DNA of 64,000 nt from Ginglymostoma cirratum. Taxonomy: Eukaryota. The translations under genes were made by a program, and so were the position numbers. The notes beneath the pieces were generated by a model. That model did not search any database, had not been told where the DNA came from, and saw only the letters and a program-made list of their open reading frames with translations. How positions within the stretch are numbered: position 1 is the stretch's first letter; each line of letters opens with the position of its first letter. Shown here one piece after another: positions 60,831-64,000 of the stretch. The stretch covers positions 31,684,071 through 31,748,070 of the forward strand of contig JAHRHZ010000140.1 in NCBI GenBank assembly GCA_024137785.1, given 5' to 3'.

Positions 60831-61404
60831 TCTCATATTCAGTAAAGTTTTGAACAGCAACACCTCTGCTTGAAAATTAATAATAGCTCAAATTAATGAA
60901 GCTTTTTTTCTATATGATGGAATGTACAAAGGGGTAATTTTCCAAATGCATGTTCCTAGCATGAATTTCTGACCGTAAGGAAATAGGAAGAATTAAATGT
61001 GTGCTTCTTACTATTTTCAATTCATTAAAATGAACAGACAGAAATTAGGAGTGTATCAGGGCACACTATAAAATCTTCTTCCATCTGTGACATCTCCAGC
61101 ATAGAAGCGTTCATTGAGAAAGTGTTCCTTTGAATGTTTTAATGTGGAAAATTCAGCTTGCCCATTCCAGACATTAACAATTAAGCAGCCAGAAAAAAAA
61201 AAGGCTGGTTAAATAAATTTCTATTGTTACTTATGATACTTAAATTGAGGAAGTATTTGAATGAGAAAACAAAATCGCTTCTAGTTGACAATAACCACCT
61301 TCTGGAAAATTTACAGTTAATACAAAGTATTATTCGTTAATTTACACACCTGTCTATCGATATTTTTCTATAACTTCCACAGCATCATTCATCTTTATCT
61401 GAAT

Positions 61405-61498
61405 CTTCTTTAGAACGCCAAATTCAAAACATTAACTCTGTTTTCCTTTCCACAGGCGCTGCCAGATCTGCTGAATTTCTCCAGTATTTTCTGTGTTT
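61405..61498 (+). mobile_element. Degenerate hammerhead-family mini-element
   Basis: ttcaaaacattaactctgttttcctttccacaggcgctgccagatctgctgaatttctccagtattttctgt. Confidence 0.65.
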
Positions 61499-61971
61499 GA
61501 GTCACAAGTATTTATTTAGATATGATGAAAGGGAAAGCCATTCGTGACTTGACTGCCTGAAGTCAAGGCTGCGACATGATTGTCCTGGCCAGGATTATTT
61601 CAATTGTTTAATAGAGAATTACTGTTATACCTGGGAAGATGTAAATATGTAGGCAAATACTCTGCCCTAGAAAAGGTGAAGATCCATTTCACATGATCCA
61701 TTAGCCTCCAATGGGTCAAACCCAATATGACAAAAGTGAAGCCTTGCAAATATTATAGGTAGTAATGTTCATTTTGATGTATAAAGGGCATTTAAAACCA
61801 ATGGTAGTGGTTGACATCCCTTATTCAGCCTGTCTGATTTTCCATATTTCAAGTATAAATGGTAGCCAATTTGATAACACTGATTTTCCATCAGTGAATT
61901 GAAAATTACTTCTCAAATGTATTACCATTAGTTGTGTGTTTCTATGAAATTAGCTACCTTTGTAGACATCA

Positions 61972-62666
61972 GGCTGGATTTTATAGGCTCCTGCAAGGGT
62001 TGTTTTTAGCAGGGAGTTGGGAAGAATGGCATGTAAAATGCTTTGGGTGGCTAGCCCAACACATTGCTGTCCACTGCTGAGCTTACCTTCGTAATACACA
62101 AGGTGGGCAGGCACAGAATCCCACCCACCATATTTGAATCAGTAATTGCCTACTAAACCTGCTATTATGCTGCTTACACCATAACATAGCTGGTGTAAGC
62201 AGGCAGATGGATGTGGGATGGCCACTTTTTGTGGCCTAGATGAAAAAGTTTGGGAACACAATCTCATTCACTGGATGTCCATGTGAAACCAATTCACCTC
62301 TCCCAACAAGATGTCACCGCTCCTCTTTTTTTTCCTCACCACGTACCATCCAATATTTGTAACATCCCCATGCTTCCTGGCCTATAAAGGCTGGGGAGAG
62401 TTATTTGTCTGCACAGCCATCATTCTCTTTCCTGCCCCTCTTGCTTCCCCAACAGTATCCATTACAGTGCTCTGTGTTGCTTGGACTGCAAGAGTTGCTG
62501 GCTGATTAGATTGGCCAGCAATTCTCAGTGATGGGATTTCCTCCCACTGAAGGACAGAATGAAGGTTATCTCATGGCCAGCATGGCTGTAGGGATGTTTG
62601 TTTCCAGCCAACTTATCTTATGGAAGGATGATCTGTCTGCTCCTGCCCTCCATAAAATGAGGTTCA
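61972..62666. mobile_element. Putative non-autonomous Harbinger-type DNA transposon
   Basis: GC-richer block starting GGCTGGATTTTATAGG and ending CCATAAAATGAGGTTC (partial TIR). It has the same terminus type as 16889. Confidence 0.4.
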
Positions 62667-63207
62667 AAGATACAGAGAGACATTGGCATTTTCAGTGTGT
62701 GTAGGCTGACCTTAAGACACTGAATTTTACTGCCCCTCCATTCAGCCAGCCTCAACGGCAAAAGAACACAGAAGTAGTAAGTTAACAGCATAGGACCTGA
62801 CCACAGAGCTTCCTTACTGAGTTTATGGCCATCTGTAACAGAGCCTTATTAGGGTTAAAAATTGGGATTTGGCATTTAGAGATTTTCATAGATTTTCCAG
62901 TCTTGTTCAAGCCCAGTAGGTCTTTCAGTTATAGTCATGTATTTCCAGAGCAACTAGATGATTTATTGGCTCATGGAGGTGGGAATTGCAAGTTGTGACA
63001 TTTCTCAATGCAATGATTCCAGCTGTTGCCTGGTCAGTAGTGCCTACAGATGCTACTTTTGTTGTGGGGTAGTAGGACTGACCTGGAGTTAGAGGCTGCA
63101 TCCTGCTGAAGCAAGAAATAGATGGAAATGGAGGTGAGGGGATTGTGAGGCAGATGTGTTAGAAGGCCCATCTCAGTTTCCTGGGACATTGACTCAATTC
63201 TGTACAA

Positions 63208-63400
63208 CCTAGTTGATTAGCTCAGTTGGCTGGAGAGCTGAATGTGATGCAGCAGAATGCCAACACTGTGGGCTCATTTACTGCTTTGTCTGAGGCGACA
63301 ATGCAAAATTCTCCTTCTCAACCTCTCTCCTTACCACGATAAATCATCTTCCTCCGATAAGAGAACATTGACCTAGTCGGTCAATGATGATTTTACTGAC
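63208..63400 (+). mobile_element. tRNA-derived SINE
   Basis: A-box-like TAGCTCAGTTGG, degenerate B-box gggctcatttac, and body ctccttctcaacctctc. Confidence 0.65.
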
Positions 63401-63539
63401 CAACAAGAATAAATAGATGAATAAGAATAAGTCATTCATATAGATCTGTCACTGATTTTGGTTCTCAAAGACAAATGTATGAACTGTCCACCTGACTGGG
63501 GAGAGCCTCTTCTTTAAAACTAGCTTATTCATTGTGCAT

Positions 63540-64000
63540 TTAAAATATTAAAATAAAATAGTAAATCTCGAGGAAGTTCACAGGAGTTTTGTAAAACAAA
63601 ATATGACACTGAACCACATAATGAGGTATTAGGACAGATGTCAATTTCAAATCGATTTTAAGGCATGTCTTAAACAAGGAAAAATGAGATAGAGAGGTAG
63701 AAAAGGAATTCTAGACCTTGGGGCCAAGGTAAGTGAAGTCACAGCCACCAGTGGTGGAGCAATTAAAATCAGAGATGCCATAAGTGGCCTGAATGAGATG
63801 ACTGCGGATACCTCAGATTATTGTAGGACTCATTGGGGATTATAGAGGGATGAGGCCATGGAGGGGTTTGAAAACAGAAATGAGAATTTTAAAAGCAAGA
63901 CATTGTTTGACTCAGATATAGTAGAGGTCAACAAGCACAGAAGGGATAGAGGACTATGACTTTCTGCAACTTATGATACTGGCAACAGAATTTTGTATGA
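63540..64000 (-). mobile_element. L2-type LINE 3' region
   Basis: aggaattctagaccttggggcc...gtggtggagcaattaaaatcag...gaggccatggaggggtttgaaaacagaaatgagaattttaaa is a typical reverse-strand L2 ORF2 end. Confidence 0.7.

Noticed and set aside
63208-63290. tRNA gene
   Set aside because: An A-box is present but the B-box and cloverleaf are degenerate, and it continues into a SINE body.
39900-64000. EBF3 exons expected downstream by synteny
   Set aside because: No EBF/COE-like coding sequence recognised on either strand in this window.
1-64000. CRISPR array, prokaryotic operon or defence system
   Set aside because: The sequence is vertebrate intronic/intergenic DNA; there are no regularly spaced direct repeats or long intact ORFs.

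Overview
Eukaryotic, AT-rich, repeat-dense genomic DNA. The repeat families look like those of a cartilaginous fish, probably an orectolobiform shark (inference from recalled repeat sequences, not a search). The only host gene I can support is the 3' part of MGMT (O6-methylguanine-DNA methyltransferase) on the + strand. It has a 140-bp internal exon at 8750-8889 (helix-turn-helix, ...AARAVGGAMIANP) and the terminal coding exon at 38816-38986 (active site PCHRV, TAG stop), separated by a 29,926-bp intron. Nearly all ORFs in the supplied track are spurious or are transposon debris. The mobile-element content includes many CR1/L2-type LINE fragments, a decayed Gmr1-like Gypsy element with a SCAN-like gag, and several solo LTRs (two nested in LINEs with 4-bp TSDs). 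There is also a fossil two-gene PIF/Harbinger transposon, tRNA-derived SINEs (some LF-SINE-like or Deu-like) and two Penelope-like elements with GIY-YIG remnants. The most notable pattern is a family of about 100-150-bp non-coding elements (about 10 copies, four with 12-14-bp TSDs). The better-preserved copies carry a minimal hammerhead-ribozyme core (CUGAnGA-stem-GAAAC-GUC) like that of the neighbouring Penelope elements. Several repeat-free, CpG-retaining blocks may be conserved enhancers of the MGMT-EBF3 regulatory block. Repeat boundaries are approximate unless a TSD is given.
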